Source of the DNA: Amoebophrya sp. A120
Lineage: Eukaryota > Protista > Dinoflagellata
Assembly (NCBI GenBank): GCA_905178155.1
Contig: CAJINV010000003.1
Span: 956,968-1,020,967 of the forward strand
Length of the DNA stretch: 64,000 bases
Reading direction: 5' to 3'
In this document: positions 1 through 13,905 of the stretch, piece by piece
Numbering within the stretch: the stretch's first letter is position 1
Layout: each line of letters opens with the position of its first letter
Translations under genes and position numbers: made by a program
Notes under the pieces: generated by a model
Told to the model about the DNA's origin: nothing
The model's input: the letters and a program-made list of their open reading frames with translations, nothing else
Databases searched by the model: none

Positions 1-82
1 GCACCCCGAGCTGGGTCGGGGAGTCGTGGGGTTGGGTCATGCGCCGGGTTGGGTTGGGGAGGGCGACCAAATCGGCGCGAGA

Positions 83-259
83 CCGCGATCTCGGGCCTGT
101 TTGGTTTCCGTTTCGTTGTTTGGGGGCCTTAACCCGCCGACCTGAATCTGCGACTTCGCAGAAAACGCGGGCCGTGTTTTCCGCAAAATCGCAGTTTCAG
201 GGCGGCGGGTTAAGGCCCCCAAACAACGAAACGGAAACCAACCAGGCCCGAGTTCGCGG
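83..259. repeat. Long imperfect palindrome (fold-back, about 85-bp arms)
   Basis: 90 ctcgggcctgtttggtttccgtttcgttgtttgggggccttaacccgcc is the near-exact reverse complement of ggcgggttaaggcccccaaacaacgaaacggaaaccaaccaggcccgag ending at 252; centre near 171. Confidence 0.9.
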
Positions 260-348
260 CCGCGGACCGGTGGGGGCGCGGCTGAGCAAATCGGCTCGAG
301 CCCGCGTTCTCGGGCCTTTTTTTAGTGCGATATCGTTGCCCTCGTTCA

Positions 349-448
349 TTTTGAGAAATCGCCGGAAGCCACAACGAATTCGATTTTGAGAAATCGCCGG
401 AAGCCACAACGAATTCGATTTTGAGAAATCGCCGGAAGCCACAACGAA
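349..448. repeat. Tandem repeat, 35 bp x ~2.9
   Basis: ttttgagaaatcgccggaagccacaacgaattcga starts at 349, 384 and 419; no spacers. Confidence 0.95.
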
Positions 449-639
449 ATCGGTTTTGCTAACACCAAATACAAGCACCACACCAACAACTTACGCGCCC
501 AAGGAATTAACAGTTGCTCAAGCTGTAAGGTTCTGGACCCGACCCTAAGCGGGCTCGCGTAGCAAGCGGGGTAGTTGGCGAGAACAATGGCAATGCGCGG
601 ACGAGCCGAAATTCCAGCAAGCAAAACGATGTTCTTCCC

Positions 640-3600
640 ATGGGCGTTGAAAAAAATGATGATCCCTTTCTACCCCTGCGAGAACCGCGAAAAAACTCGA
701 GCAAGGTCGTTGCAGATGACCAAAAGGCTCAGGCCCAGCAGCATCGTGCCGCACTGGATCAGCATTCCGCCAAGCTCCGCAGTTCAGCGGCAGAGATGTT
801 ACAGGTCTACCAACAGGACGCGTACCTGAGACCACCGCTGGATATGTCCACGCGCTACACCGATCGCTTCCCTGCAAAGCTGTTGAAACCTGAGGCGCTC
901 GCGTTTGTGCGGAATATCCACGCGCCCCTCCACCTGCTCCACGACGGGACAACCGAGCTAACGGATCCTTGCCCGGAAAAGATCAACCTGGAGGAGTTGT
1001 GGGCGACGAGTAGTGCTGACGCAGTAGCTGCTCCGAATGATTCATCGACCACGTTGCTGCAGAAGGTCCTCGCCACGGTTTCGTCCCAGGGCATCGCGCA
1101 CCCGCCGACGCAGGCCGCACTGACGGTCACGGTCGGCGGAGGAAAGTTGCGGATCCTTGTAGACGTCGCGCACGCAAAAGTCGAGACTGTTTCGCACGAA
1201 CGGCTCCAGCAAGCCGCCTCGAGTTCTTCCTCTTCGTCCGGCGCGGGGGCGGAAGGCAGCAAAAATCTTCAAGAGCTGGTTGACATCTTTGCTAGTGGTG
1301 CTTCGCCCAACAAGGGCAAAGTCAACGACGATGCGAATCACACAACCACGCTGGACCAGGAACTCGAGGGCGATTCGTTCACTCTCCGCGACAACAAAGC
1401 CGACGCGCTGTTTTCCGCGCAGCCAAGCAGTGACTGGAATCCGAGGTTTTCGCTGTTCGATCACCAGCGCCGAGTGCTCGGCTGGATGGTGCAGCGCGAG
1501 CACCACAACGAGACTTTCTCGGTCAACATGACACGCCACCTAGCAGACGGAGGAGCCGATGCGGTGGCGAACAAGATCGAAGCAAAATTCAACTTCAAGC
1601 TACGCGGCGGCTTGCTCGCAGACAAGGTTGGCGGAGGAAAGACCTCCACCTCCTTGGCGCTGATTGCTTACGACGCCGAAAATCCGGGTGGCGTCGCAGA
1701 AAATGTTGCGGCGGCACATCAGTTCGTGTCGGCTTCCTCTTCTAGTAGCAGCAGCTCTGCTGGCGCGGCATCGAGACCACCGAGGGCAAGAAATCCAAAT
1801 TCGATTCTGGGGCCCAACGGTTCTTTACTCAATCTGCCCTTACCTGTTCCGTACAAGAACGGGTACATTCATGCCCCGAAAACGACGGTGATCTTCGTGC
1901 CGGGGCACCTGTTAAAGCAGTGGGTCGAGGAAATCCGTAAGTTTCTACCAAGTTGGGTGGAGAAAGAGAAAGACATTCCGAATGGGGTCTGGAAGACTGG
2001 TGGGCAGATTGGCAGCTACAAGGCTGGGAAGAATCCGCAAGGGAAGCGAATCACCTACCTGCCTGACGTACTTGTTATTTACCCCAGTTTGATGCAGCTT
2101 CATTGCGCGTTTATTCGCTTACCTCCCTAAAAGTAGAAGGGAACTTCAACTTCGTACACATCGCGGCTGAACAAGATCATGACATAGGCTGCTGCAGTCA
2201 CTCTCTTACTTTTATGCTTCTACTCCTCGCGTTCTTGAGTTACTTTTTTCTGACCTTGTCACTTCTACCTTAAATCAATGATGACAATGCTGGAATACTT
2301 ACAGAAACAGAAAATCAATCGGGCTTTCTTATCATGCTCAAAATCGAAAATCCCAGATTTCGTTTTGGAAAAGGATGTCCGTGCTGGACGTGGTGAGTCA
2401 GGACATAATCATCTGCAACATCCGCGTTGTGGCCAGCAAACAGTACCACCAACGAGGGATTGCCGTGGCGAAAAAGATGAATTCGTCCAAACAGATTGCG
2501 CACGGCATTCGCGAGTACACACGAGCCAACTTCATCAACGCGGCGGATGGGAGCGTGAAATTTGAGAAGCGAAACGAAGATAACCTCTTGTTCGAGCAGT
2601 TCTTCTTTCGCCGCGTGCTTATCGACGAATTTCACGAGGCGCAGGAGTTTAGCTGGCAAGAAGGTCGCGTGTTATCGGCAGTCAAGGGAGCCTGTCGCTG
2701 GGGGCTGACCGGAACGCCCCGCACCGATACCATTGACGACGTCGCCTTTCTCGCCTCGGCTTTTTGCATTGACTTGGTGCCGCAGCCAAAACATGAGCGG
2801 GAGTTTTTGAAGGAAGTGCACAACCAGCGCGCTGAGAACGACGGCCGCAACCAGTACTTTGACGATGAGCGCCGCGACGCTGCGAAATCCAACTTTCGCA
2901 GTCACGGCTCGAATTTGCTTCGGTACAAGGTGGAGCGACGACAAATCAAAAGTTCCTCCGTAGGCCAGCTGGCCGGCGCACTGCATGGTTCTATTATGGC
3001 ACAACCTGGTGCTCCTTCTTCCTCGTCGTCCTCCGCTTTGCCTCTCGACACGACCGACAGCAACGAAGCGTCAGGAGATGACAAAATGGCTGCAGAGAAA
3101 ATGACTCTCGCCGCTGTTCCCGACATCGGTGTCACCCGGGACATGGAGGACAACCGAGCGGACTACTTGGATGAGAATAACGGGATTGCTCCGTTCTTCG
3201 CTGCCGATCTCAGCATCCTCGACGATGCTGCCGACGACGAAAACTCCGCTGACCTCGATGACAAAGTGTATGGAGGTCGTGGTGGAGGATTGTGTGACGG
3301 CGCGGCCGGCGGAAATGTTAAACTACGCAAGACCTTTTCGACCTGTTGGTCCATTCCGAACCACAAGGAAACCGCGCAAGCCTATCGGGCACTTGATCGG
3401 CGACAGCAGCAGGACTTCAAAGCGCCGGAAAAATGCGCCGAGTATTTCACGCTCTTGGACAGTCGGAAGAAGTTTTGCAACTTTTGTGGCTTTGACAATT
3501 GCGATAATACGGCGTCTTCGCTGAGTTCCTTCACCCCAGCGGCCACAAACAGCTCGCCCGAGGACGTCGTTGAAGACCTCGATATCGTCGAGGACCCGGA

Positions 3601-6600
3601 CGTGGCAGCCGACCCGCCGACGAAGTACGCTTTCACCTGCGTGCGGTGTGGCGAAACGAACAACGGCCCCGAGCTGTTTGCACCGGTGCAAGTGGCAGTG
3701 AAAAAGCGAGGACAGGTTGGTGGATCATGGTCCGACGAGAAAAACTCCTCGAGTGCAGATGGAATTTTGGGTAGTTTTATCGAGCAGGTAGACAAGTACA
3801 ATGAGAATGACCAGACTGCAGCAGAACTTGCTGAAGATCTTGATGGCGAGGAAGAGGATGATCACGACCATGTTGACATGCGTCGGATGAACCAAGGTGC
3901 CAGCTCAGGTTCTCGCAAAAATGATCGCAAAAAACGCAACGTGGACGATGACTTCGAGCTCGTGACGATCTACCTGCCCGTCCCAGAGCTCTTCGAAAAA
4001 CAACGTCTCGAGGCCGTTTCGCAGACGCACGCGTGGGACCGGTCCGCGATTTTGCGGGACAACGCGCAGCGCTTCCTGGACACGTTTGTGCGGCAGAATA
4101 TCGGCGAGGCTGCAGAAAACATCACGCTCGTGAATCACGTGGTGCCGGTCCGGCACACGCGCTTGGAAAAAATGTTCTACTGGAACGAAGCGCGCGACCT
4201 GCTGACGAAGTACCAGCAGCGAGGCGGCACCGTTGGGACCAAGTTTGTCTTCGGTGCCCTACCGCTGCCCCAAACGGAGCTGTGGATGCGGGACAAGTTG
4301 CTCCATCTCTGTTCCCACTTCTCGGCGTCGCGGGACTCACGCGGGCTCAGCGCGTGCGATGAGACCAAGCGCGTGACCGAGGCGAAACGAAATGGCTGGC
4401 GCGACCACGTGCACAAGGTGAAGATGCTCCTCATCGAGCTAGAACTGCTGCGGCGGTTGCTGGGTCTTGGCGTCGGGCCCAGCGCGAAAGACAAGCACGG
4501 CCAGGTCCGTGAGGTTTTAGATTTTTACGGGCTGCAAAAAATCACGACTAGTTCATCATCTTCGCGGAACGCGGCCACCCCCACCTCCGAAATTGAAGTG
4601 CGTACCGATGTCGCGAAAGTTGGCACCCGGCTCAGCGAGCGCAGCGAAGAAGATGCAGCTCCTGCCGTCTCCGGAAAAAACAAGAAGGCCGCCAAGACTA
4701 ACAAATGCGGCCCTCTGACCACTTTCCGACTTCTCAGTGCAGAGGTGAGCAAACGCACAAACAAGCAAATCCAGCTGATATCCTCAGACACATCAAACAC
4801 GAGGACCACGGAAGCGACCTGTGCGTGCGTACACGCGAACTTTCTGACTCGGCTCGACGCATTGTCTAAAGACGGAGCGGCAGACGATTTGAAGGCGGCG
4901 AAAGCCGAAATTCTTGCGCATGCTGGTACGTTGGGGAGCGCGAGTGCCCAAAAGCTCATCGAGATCCTGTACGCGGACCGCTTGAAGCCCGTGTTCAAAG
5001 GCGTCGCCGATGTTGATACTACTGGAAAAACGAAGCCGAAGCGGAAGATCGCTTTCGAGTTTCCCCGCAGTTGGCAGGAGAAGGCGTTTGCGCGGTGCTT
5101 TAACTTCCGCATGCCCGGCGTTCCAAACCCGAAGACGGATGTCTTGGTGGGCGGCGGTCTAAAGCTGGAGGACGAGGAATTTGATTGGGACGATGACCAA
5201 GAGGACGATGAGTGGTTGCAGCCCACCAACGACCCCGATCCAAAAAAGTGCGACTGGGAGTTCGAGGTCGGGAGCACGGTGCTTGTGTCCGGGAACATCT
5301 ATTTCCCAAACACGCGCAAAACGCCTGCCAACCGCCGCATTTTGATGGGCACCTGCGGCGAGGTGAAGGAACGAACACTGCATCCGGTGGTGCGGGAAGT
5401 AGTTGACGAATCCGAAAGCGAGCGCCTGCTTGATGTCGACGAGTCGGAGTCGGCTGAATTATCGCAGCAAAGAAAGAAAAAGAAGAAGAAGAAGAAGAGC
5501 GTCAAGACGTTCTACCAGCAACAGTACAAAGTCTCCCTGACTCAAACCGACGGAAGCGCGTGCGAGATCGTGTTCAAACGGTGGGAGATCAGGAAGAAGT
5601 TCTCCTGGTCGGGTCACATTGACGTGGAAACCGTCCTGCACCCGGTCGTGCAAAAGTCCGCTGCTCAAGGTGATTTTAAAGAGGCGGATGAAAAAATTGC
5701 TCACGAAGAGTACCAACTCCCGGTACCCCCGATCCCGCAGCACCCTTTCTACGCGCGCTTCCCCAAGTACCACAGGGACTTCATTCCCGATCCGTCGAAA
5801 CGAATGCTGTCCTACGTTGGAGCCTGGTGGGCCCGTTGCCTGAAGGAGGCGGAGCAGTCGCTCACCGAGATGCCGATTGCGTACGGCCCCTTCAGGTTTT
5901 GGTGCCGCCAGGTGGAGAGTTTCTTGGGAAAAAACTGGCAGCAAAAAATCGACCGGGGTGATGATGCGGCACTGAACGAGCATGAAGGTGACCGCGGGGG
6001 AGAGGGTGGCGACGACGAGATCGCGCAGGCCCGCGCGTGCACAATTTGTCTCGAGGAGGACTTTCCGCTGAATCAGTTGGCAATTTCCAAGTGCTCGCAC
6101 ACGATGTGCGTCGACTGCATGAGCCACTTTGGGTCCGTGTTCGACTGCCCCACGTGTCGTCAGAAAACGGTGAAAAGCGAAATGTGCATATTGGCCGGGA
6201 AGCTGGAACAGGCCCAAGAGGACGCCCGAGCTGCCGCAGAAGAGCGCCGCAAAATGCAGTCGGATCTGCTGTCCTCTGCCCCGGCCGAAAAAAAGCGCAA
6301 ACTCGAGGCGGATCATGGTGGTTCATCCTCCGGTGACAACAACAAGTTTACGAGTGGCTCCAGTAAGAAAATCGCCGAAAAAATCAGACAAGAAAAGAAG
6401 GAAACTCTTCTGCCGACCCTCGAAGATGAAGAACAAGACGGCGACCACAACCTTCTGGGTACGACAGCTTCTAAAGGAGGAACGGCTGCAAATAAGCGCA
6501 AACAGCAAGAAGGCGAAATGAAGAAGCGAGGCACGTCGCGCGCGGTTCGTGTCAAATTTGACGGCGAAGAGGCCGACAATTTTTTGGCGGACGACCTCAC

Positions 6601-9159
6601 CCCCATCGACATGCGCTTAAACCAGGATCAAGACAAGGACGAGGCCAAGCGTATTGTTCCCATCAAGAAAAACACGGAGCTGCAGAAGAAAATCAAGGAC
6701 GAGGAAACGCAACAGGCGCTCTTGCGGTTCGGACTCCGCGGCGGCACTGAGCTTCCCTGGAAGGGAAAGCAATCGGGCCTCGTGATTGCGATGCAGCAGC
6801 TCGTGCACACGGATTGGATGCTAACCGCCTTTGAGCGGAAACTCGAGAAAAACGGCGGCGTCTGGAAAATAGTTCGACACTGGTACTGATGGAAAGGCGC
6901 GGCGAATCAACGGCTATTGGTTGGATCGGCAACAGCCGCAGGACCTCCAGATATATGGACGAGGTGCATTCGGTCTCGGCAGCTACTTCCACGACCAGTA
7001 CGGACAAGAAAAGTGGGTATCCTACCAGGAAAAGCAGAATTGGACAAGCGCAGAGTGCCTGGCAGGAAGAAAGAAGTTGCAGGAATGCGCAATCGAGTTT
7101 CGCGAGGACCTCCAGAAGGCCCTGTGGCTGGCAAAGAGCGATCCCAACGAAGCGGACAAGGGACTTCTTGACCGCGCGAAAGCAGTGGCCGAATTAAATC
7201 TGTCCGTAAAGCTCCCGGATTCCGGGTTTCTTGCGCTCCCTTCAACAGCCCTGGTCCGCTTTGATGCAGACACAACAGAAATAAAGTCAATCTGGGCCGC
7301 GACAGAAGGACCACACTCAACATACGCGGGCGAAAATTACTACAACGCCAAATCATTGAGAGTTGGTTCCAAAACCCACTTCAATTCGACTGGGGTGATG
7401 CGGTGGAACACCGAGCGAGCTCCTGACCTGCAGCGACAGATAAACGTGCACCACGACAAGGAACACCTAAACGCGTCTCCCAATCGGATCTGGTGGATGC
7501 TCGCCGGCGCGTCGCCGTCCGCGCTTCCGTGGTATCCGTCCGTGATATTGAAGAATCACAAAGAAAACCCGTCCTACCACCCCTCCTATCGCGCCGACCG
7601 AAAAGCAGAATGGGGCGATGTTTATGAAGAATTTGACAGATACGAGGACTCCTTGCCACTCCCGAATTCTGCTGGAAAAAACTGCGTCTACGTGGATCTG
7701 AATACAGGTACATGATCAGGAAAACATAATGCACTACTTCTCTCGTCTTTTTGTCCATAGATTCGTCAGTGTAAGTGTATTGCTGTTGTTTATATACGCC
7801 TCTTGTTTCACTATGACCTTGACCCTGAATCCGAAGGCGTGCTGCCGTGTCGTGCGCAGCGATTCCGAAAGTACATAATCGGTATCCACGCCTTCGGTGG
7901 TTATCAAAATTGTGTGACGATTCATTTATTTCACCGCTTTGTTCCGTCGCTGCACGGTTCCTCCTTGTGCTTCAGCGTTCATTTTTTAAACAAAAAAAAG
8001 GTCGCATCTACACGTCCATCAAGCAGTGTGAGGAGGTGGTCGAGGAAGCAGACATGTATGGGCATGTTCGCAAACAGTTCCCCAAGCTGTCACTCGACTG
8101 CAAGCCCTCCGCCAAAGACGAGCGGGCAATCCACCTGCAAAAGTACGGCACCTTCGGCAGCAAAATCCAGAAGATTTGCTTCCTGCTCCGACAGATCCGC
8201 ACGCAGGACAGCAATGGCAAGGTGATCGTGTTCTGCCAGAGCGAGTCGCTGCTAGAGATCGTGGCCAATGCTCTTTCGAGCTTGGGTTTCGCCTTCATAC
8301 ACTGCGAGGGGGGCCCGGCAGAGCAATCCGCGGCGTTAGAAGCCTTCCAGACCGGAAACTCGGACGTGCTGGAGGTGAATACGAGGCAGCGCACCTTTCA
8401 ATCTACCTACATCCTGCTCCTCAGCATGCAGAAAATGTCGGCTGGTATCTATTGGTCTTGTTTTGTTTTGTTTGGCCGCGGGTTCTTGGGGTTCGTTGGT
8501 TTACTCACCTTCAAATTCGATTTCTGATGCATCTACGCAACCAAAAGATCAATGACCTGCCAAAAACAGAATAAAGATCTTGCTCGTGTAGTTCGAGAAG
8601 ATCGTGGTCATCATTGTGGAAAAAACGAACAACTCCAACAGGTGCAAATTTGACTGCTGCGAACCACATCATTTTTGTGCATCCGTTTTCGTGCGCAACA
8701 TACAAGCGACTGGAGATGCAGATGTCGCAGGCGATCGGCAGGTGCCGACGGCTAGGGCAGGAACGCAAGGAGGTGCATGTTTGGCGCTTTTTCACAACGG
8801 AAACGCTCGAGGAAGACATGATGCTCGAACAAGAGCAGGCCAGAGCGGAGTACGCCAAGCGAAAACTTCTATTGTCAGCAAAACAAGAAGACGCTGCCAT
8901 GTTGTCTCCCCGCCGCGGTGAAGTAGAAGTCGCGCCCGGCGACTTCGCTGAGCAGGACACCGAAAATACCGTGGCTGTCGTCGAGGTGCAGAACAATGGT
9001 AAGCGCGACGATGCAGTAACGCTAACGGTTCGCCGTAGTTTCTTCGACGATCACATCAAACCGCACTTGCGAGACGACGCGCAATTCGACACCTTCGACG
9101 ATTTCGTCGAAGCCGCAAAAGCTCACAACTGCGAGAAGAAACAAGAGAGGAAATACTGA
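640..9159 (+). CDS. SNF2-family helicase with RING finger (Rad5/Rad16/SHPRH-like); GT-AG introns 2068-2356, 7708-8000, 8445-8641; unresolved frame change near 6870
   Basis: Motifs RGGLLADKVGGGKT, VIFVPGHLLKQWVEEI, RRVLIDEFHE, RWGLTGTP; RING CTIC..CSHTMCVDC..CPTCRQ; helicase-C GANLTAANHIIFVHP and QAIGRCRRLGQ; the three GT-AG introns join in frame. Confidence 0.85.
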
Positions 9160-10468
9160 TACTTACTTACTTAGTCAGTGAATCAGCACCAGCAGATAAC
9201 GTGACACCATCGATCACGTATGACATTGAATTCACACGAAGATAAGTAGTGACACAGAAATTGAAGTCGTTAGCTACACAAGAGAGACGAACGAAGTCTT
9301 TATCTTCTAACCGGTACAAATTTGAATTTCACCTACTCTTACTCACCTACTTGTATTTTGATTTATTCGCTGAAGTCTGAAAAAGCGCACGCGCACGCGT
9401 TGTTTTTTGTATCAATGTTGTCAGCTATCTTGCACTTGCTATCTGTCTTATCAAAAGTCTCGACAATCGGTGTTGCGAACGTCCTCGATATTCCACAATA
9501 AGGACACATTCCTCAACCATTAACATAATTTGGTAACTAAAACAAGGAAACTTCCCAGAAAAAAGTAAGAGTAAGAGTTGCAGAAAATCCAAATTAGATA
9601 TCGCGCTTCATCTGCATCTTCAAGGCCACGAGCGGCAGATCGTTTGCTCTTCTGGCTATTTCATTTTCCGTACTCCTCCGATTCCTTGGCCAGAAGATGT
9701 GACGACTCTATCCCAACGACCCGCTGGCACCGAATGTGGTCGCACAAATAAATCATTTTCCTTTGAAGCGAGATCGAGATGACCCGAAACTGACACGCAG
9801 GATTAAGGACACCAAAAAGAAGACATCGCCAAGCTGGAAGATGGAGGAACAAACGTGATGCTAACAGAGACTTAACTTTGTTTTTCTGGATCAACATCGC
9901 TCAAGCACGGAGAGAAACGTTAACGTACTTAATTCATCGTGATTGGCAAATCCGGCGTATTTCGGATCATCTCTCGTGTCGTCGGGTTTGAGATCGACGT
10001 AATGTATTGTAAATGGGATTCCATTTGAATTTGATGTCGACGCTTCAGATTCGAATCAACAGAATCGTGTCGGGATCGCCATCCTCGCGATCTTCATGTC
10101 GTCCTCAATATCGGAAGTGCATGCGCTTTATTTTGCAATTCGTATTCGTCGTCTATTCGTAAACTCTTCTTCTACCAGTCGTTGTGGTTCCTTCTTTATC
10201 GACCTCGCTCGAGCAGCGGCTTGTTCGCATGCGCATGTTCATTTCATGTTGATGCAATTACCTCCTTCGTAGTTTTAGGCAAAAATACGGATTGGCTTCT
10301 ACTGAAGTAGAAGTTTAATAAGTTTTTTGTTAAAGCAAGTAAGGACGATTCAAGATTCACATTCAAGTCGATATGCCTTTGCCAAAGCTCGGAGCTTCGT
10401 CTTCTTCTCGAAACAGGAGTGGTAAACGGAAATTGAGCCAATAGAGGACAAAAATAATCCAAAGAGAA

Positions 10469-13400
10469 ATGGTGGGCAGCTGCAAGGAAGTTGAAGATCC
10501 CATCGTCACAGATCCAGTGGATTGCTCACTGTGTTTTTGTGAGATTGTGGATGATGAGTCGCGGCTTAAGTGCGACTTCAACCATGTGTTTCATGACGAA
10601 TGTGTACTCGGTCATGTCCACAAGTGCGCTGCGCAGGGAATTTCATGCACGGGATTGATACCATGTCTTCTGCCGGGCCACAACTTTCCAGCATCCGTTG
10701 CACGAACATTCCGGAACCGTGTGTGCAAGCGAACCACTGTACCCCCGATGACTGAGGAAACGAGAGCAAATGCGATGAAGGTACTATCTTCACGCTAGCA
10801 TGGGTGCGGCTTTCAATTTCATAAACTAGAACTACACGACTTGCCAAGCCACTAATTTTTTGCTTCTATGTCGTGTTGCTGTTCTACTAGCAGTCGTATG
10901 TACTAGAATAGCAAATGACTTCGCAACTCCGAGTTTGTTTCCGCTGGGTTCGTCCTCTAACGTCTGACTTCGTGTCCTCTTTCGCTCGTTGGTTGTTCAA
11001 GAAACGACACCCAGACCCAATCGGAATCACTCACTATTTTTAGATCTTCGAAAACGTCGAAAATACAAAGGTTTTGGGGATTGTCCAGTGCGTCGGGTGT
11101 GGTAATGCCATCGAGGCCGCAGAAACCCGCAGCACCTACGGCCACACACGACGCTCCATCTTCGGAAACCCCGTTCATGATGCGTCTTGCAGGTACTGCC
11201 ATGACCACTGCCTCATCGAGGCACTCTGGCGACAGCGCGCGAAATTCCGGTCAACCCTGAACCTCGGTAGCCTGCCCTTCCCGTTCATCGAGGAGCACCG
11301 GAAGCAGGAGAACAACAACTCCGCAGGAGCAGTACAACAACAACTTCTGGAGCTCTATTACGACGCCGAGGAGCGGAACAGGCTGTCTTCCCGCATCAAC
11401 CTCGGAGAAAGTGTGCCGCGGTTGTCGAACGCACACTTCCGGCATGCGGCCGAGCTCTTTCGCTTTACCGGTTGCCGTGCCTGTAACTCCGCAATCGAGG
11501 ATGGAAGCACAGTCGTCGTCTGCGCAGACGGGTTTTTTACCTTTCATGACCACTGTGCCGTCAAGGAGCTCGCACGCGGACAAGAAGTGTCCTCCTCGTC
11601 AGCAGGAGTTCCTCCATCTGCGACGTTCACGAAATCGAGTTTAGATCTGCTCGCCAAGCGAATTCTCGCTGAGGAATGCAGGCCCAAGCTGAGCGATGCC
11701 GATTTTGCGCTCGCAGTCCGGTCGCTCGGCATCCCGGGGTGCATGTTGTGCTCCACGGGTGTTCACGAACCCGAGTCGACCTTTTGTACAGAAGACGGCT
11801 TCATTTGGCACGACTTCTGCGCCCTGACGCACAACTTGGGCGAGGTTGCTGCCGGCAAGATGCTGGGCACGCACAAAATCTCCGAGCATGAAAAGCTGGC
11901 GCTGAAGCAGCGCGTCGCCGATGGGGCCGTCTTTCCGAAGCTCGCGGCCGCGCATGAAGCGCTTGTCCGCCGTGATCTCAACATCATCGACTGCCAATTG
12001 TGCAAGCGTGTCATTCGCGATGGAGACTCGCGCGTAGCAGGCCACCTACAACTGGCGGGTAGTAAGAAGTCGGCCGTTTATTGCCACGATGCCTGCTTTC
12101 TCCGAGCGGCTCGCGACCAACCCAGCCTGCTGCAGGGGCTTTCGAGTGTGGAGCGCCATGACATCCGTCGGCGCTTAGTCGCGCACAGCTCCATTCCCGA
12201 ACTCGACGCGTATACCCTGCTTCTCGGACGCAAGCTGTACAACGTGAAGATTTGCGGCGTCTGCAAAGTTGAGGTTTCCGGGGAGCAAACTTTTCTACAG
12301 ACGGACGACGCTACCCTCGTAGTGCATGACCACTGTTACGCCGAGCTAGTGCAAGAAAACGACGACCACCGCGGCGCGTCGACGCGCGAAAGGATTTCCA
12401 ATGATGAGGTTCATCAGTTGCGCTGCCGCATTGACAATGGCTCCTGCCGCCCGCCGTTGTCGCGGGACAAGTACACAAGCTATTTGGAGCACTTCGGGCT
12501 CGCGGGGTGCATTCTGTGCCAGAAGAAGATTGCCGAATACGAAACCTATGTGACGCATGGCAACGCGGCAGCGAGCAAGTCTCACTGCCACTGCTACCTC
12601 ACGGCAATGATCGACGACGCAGAGCGACCACGCATCGCGAACGAAGCGGAACAGCACATGTTGCGCGCGAGGGTCCTCAACGACATGTGTATTCCGGCAT
12701 TGCGCCGCAGCAACATTCCCGCCCACAAACTGAAGGCAATCCGTACGGAGCTGAACATCCACGCCTGCCCCTGCTGCGGCAACAACATCCTCGACCACTT
12801 CGGTTTCATCAAGTCAGCCCCTCCCTCATCGGAGGGCGGGACAGACTACATCACGCTTAATAATTCATCGCAGGCCGAGGTGGACTCTGTCCGGGTGCAC
12901 ACGAGTTGTTTTATCGAGTGCTACGGGTGGCCCGACAGGAAGCGGCTTTTAGAACAACTTCGCGGCGGTCGAAGGGTGGTTTTGTTGAAGAACGCCGCTG
13001 AAAAACCTCTACGGTTCCTGGCCGAAGATCTGCACCTGCTCCGGAAAGGCCTCCTAGCAGGCGGCTTCACGTTTGTGAGCCCCCCGGCGCCGTCCAAAAG
13101 CGAAGTGGACGAGAAGTTTCAGCCCGACCGGGTTGGTGCGGTGTCTGGGAAGAATTTTCGCAATCTCGCAGAGTTTCAATCCATGATGGAGGAAGTCTGT
13201 TTCGCGATCGCGCCGGACGAGCCGATGGATAAAATCCCAGTGGCTAAATGCGCGGGCGCTACCCTTGTCCTTGATGCCGGGCCCAATAAATCACCGACAT
13301 CAATTTCCTTGTCATCATCTGCCGAAAACGTAAACGAAACTGGGAAAGAACCCATGGAGGAATTCCCGCCGACCACGAGCACGAGCAGCGGGCCGGAAGG

Positions 13401-13905
13401 TAACACGGAAGCGGGCGATGGGATGAGGAACGCAAGTGGATTTCCATTGGCTAACACATCAACACCCGAAGAGCGCACCGCCTCGCCTTCGACCTCGGCT
13501 GTTAGCTCACAACTAGACGTGAACGCCGTCGAGGACAAGCAGGACATTGCGATGAAAAACAACTACAAGAACGATGCAGCTTCGGGTAGCCCGGACGAAG
13601 ATACGTCTGCCGGAGAAGCAAGCACATCGTCTGCGTCCCCCACGATGTCAGTCGAAGAGGAACAAGGAGTCGTGTGCAGCTTCGATACGAAAAGCAGCTG
13701 CAGCAATACTGACGGTGACGCGTCATCAACAGCATCTTCGAGGATGCTGCAGCCTTCCACTGCTACGACCGACCAGGCCGCTTACGTTGTTGCTTCATCA
13801 TCGTTCCTTTTTTTTGAGGAGTTGGGGACTTTGTTCGGCGCGCTTGCGATCGTCTTTTTGCTAGTGGCCATGGGCATCATCTGCGTTTTGGGCTCTCCGA
13901 AGTAG
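10469..13905 (+). CDS. Tandem CxxC...HxxC zinc-finger repeat protein with C-terminal transmembrane helix (exons 10469-10780, 11071-13905; 1048 aa)
   Basis: GT-AG intron 10781-11070 joins MK|VLGIVQC; eight CxxC-x(~18-40)-HxxC modules; hydrophobic tail LGTLFGALAIVFLLVAMGIICVLG. Confidence 0.8.

Noticed and set aside
349-448. 35-bp repeats as a CRISPR array
   Set aside because: The units are directly adjacent with no spacers, there are no cas genes, and the context is eukaryotic.
9661-10200. Weak coding-like stretches on the - strand
   Set aside because: Interrupted by stops, with no identifiable homology.
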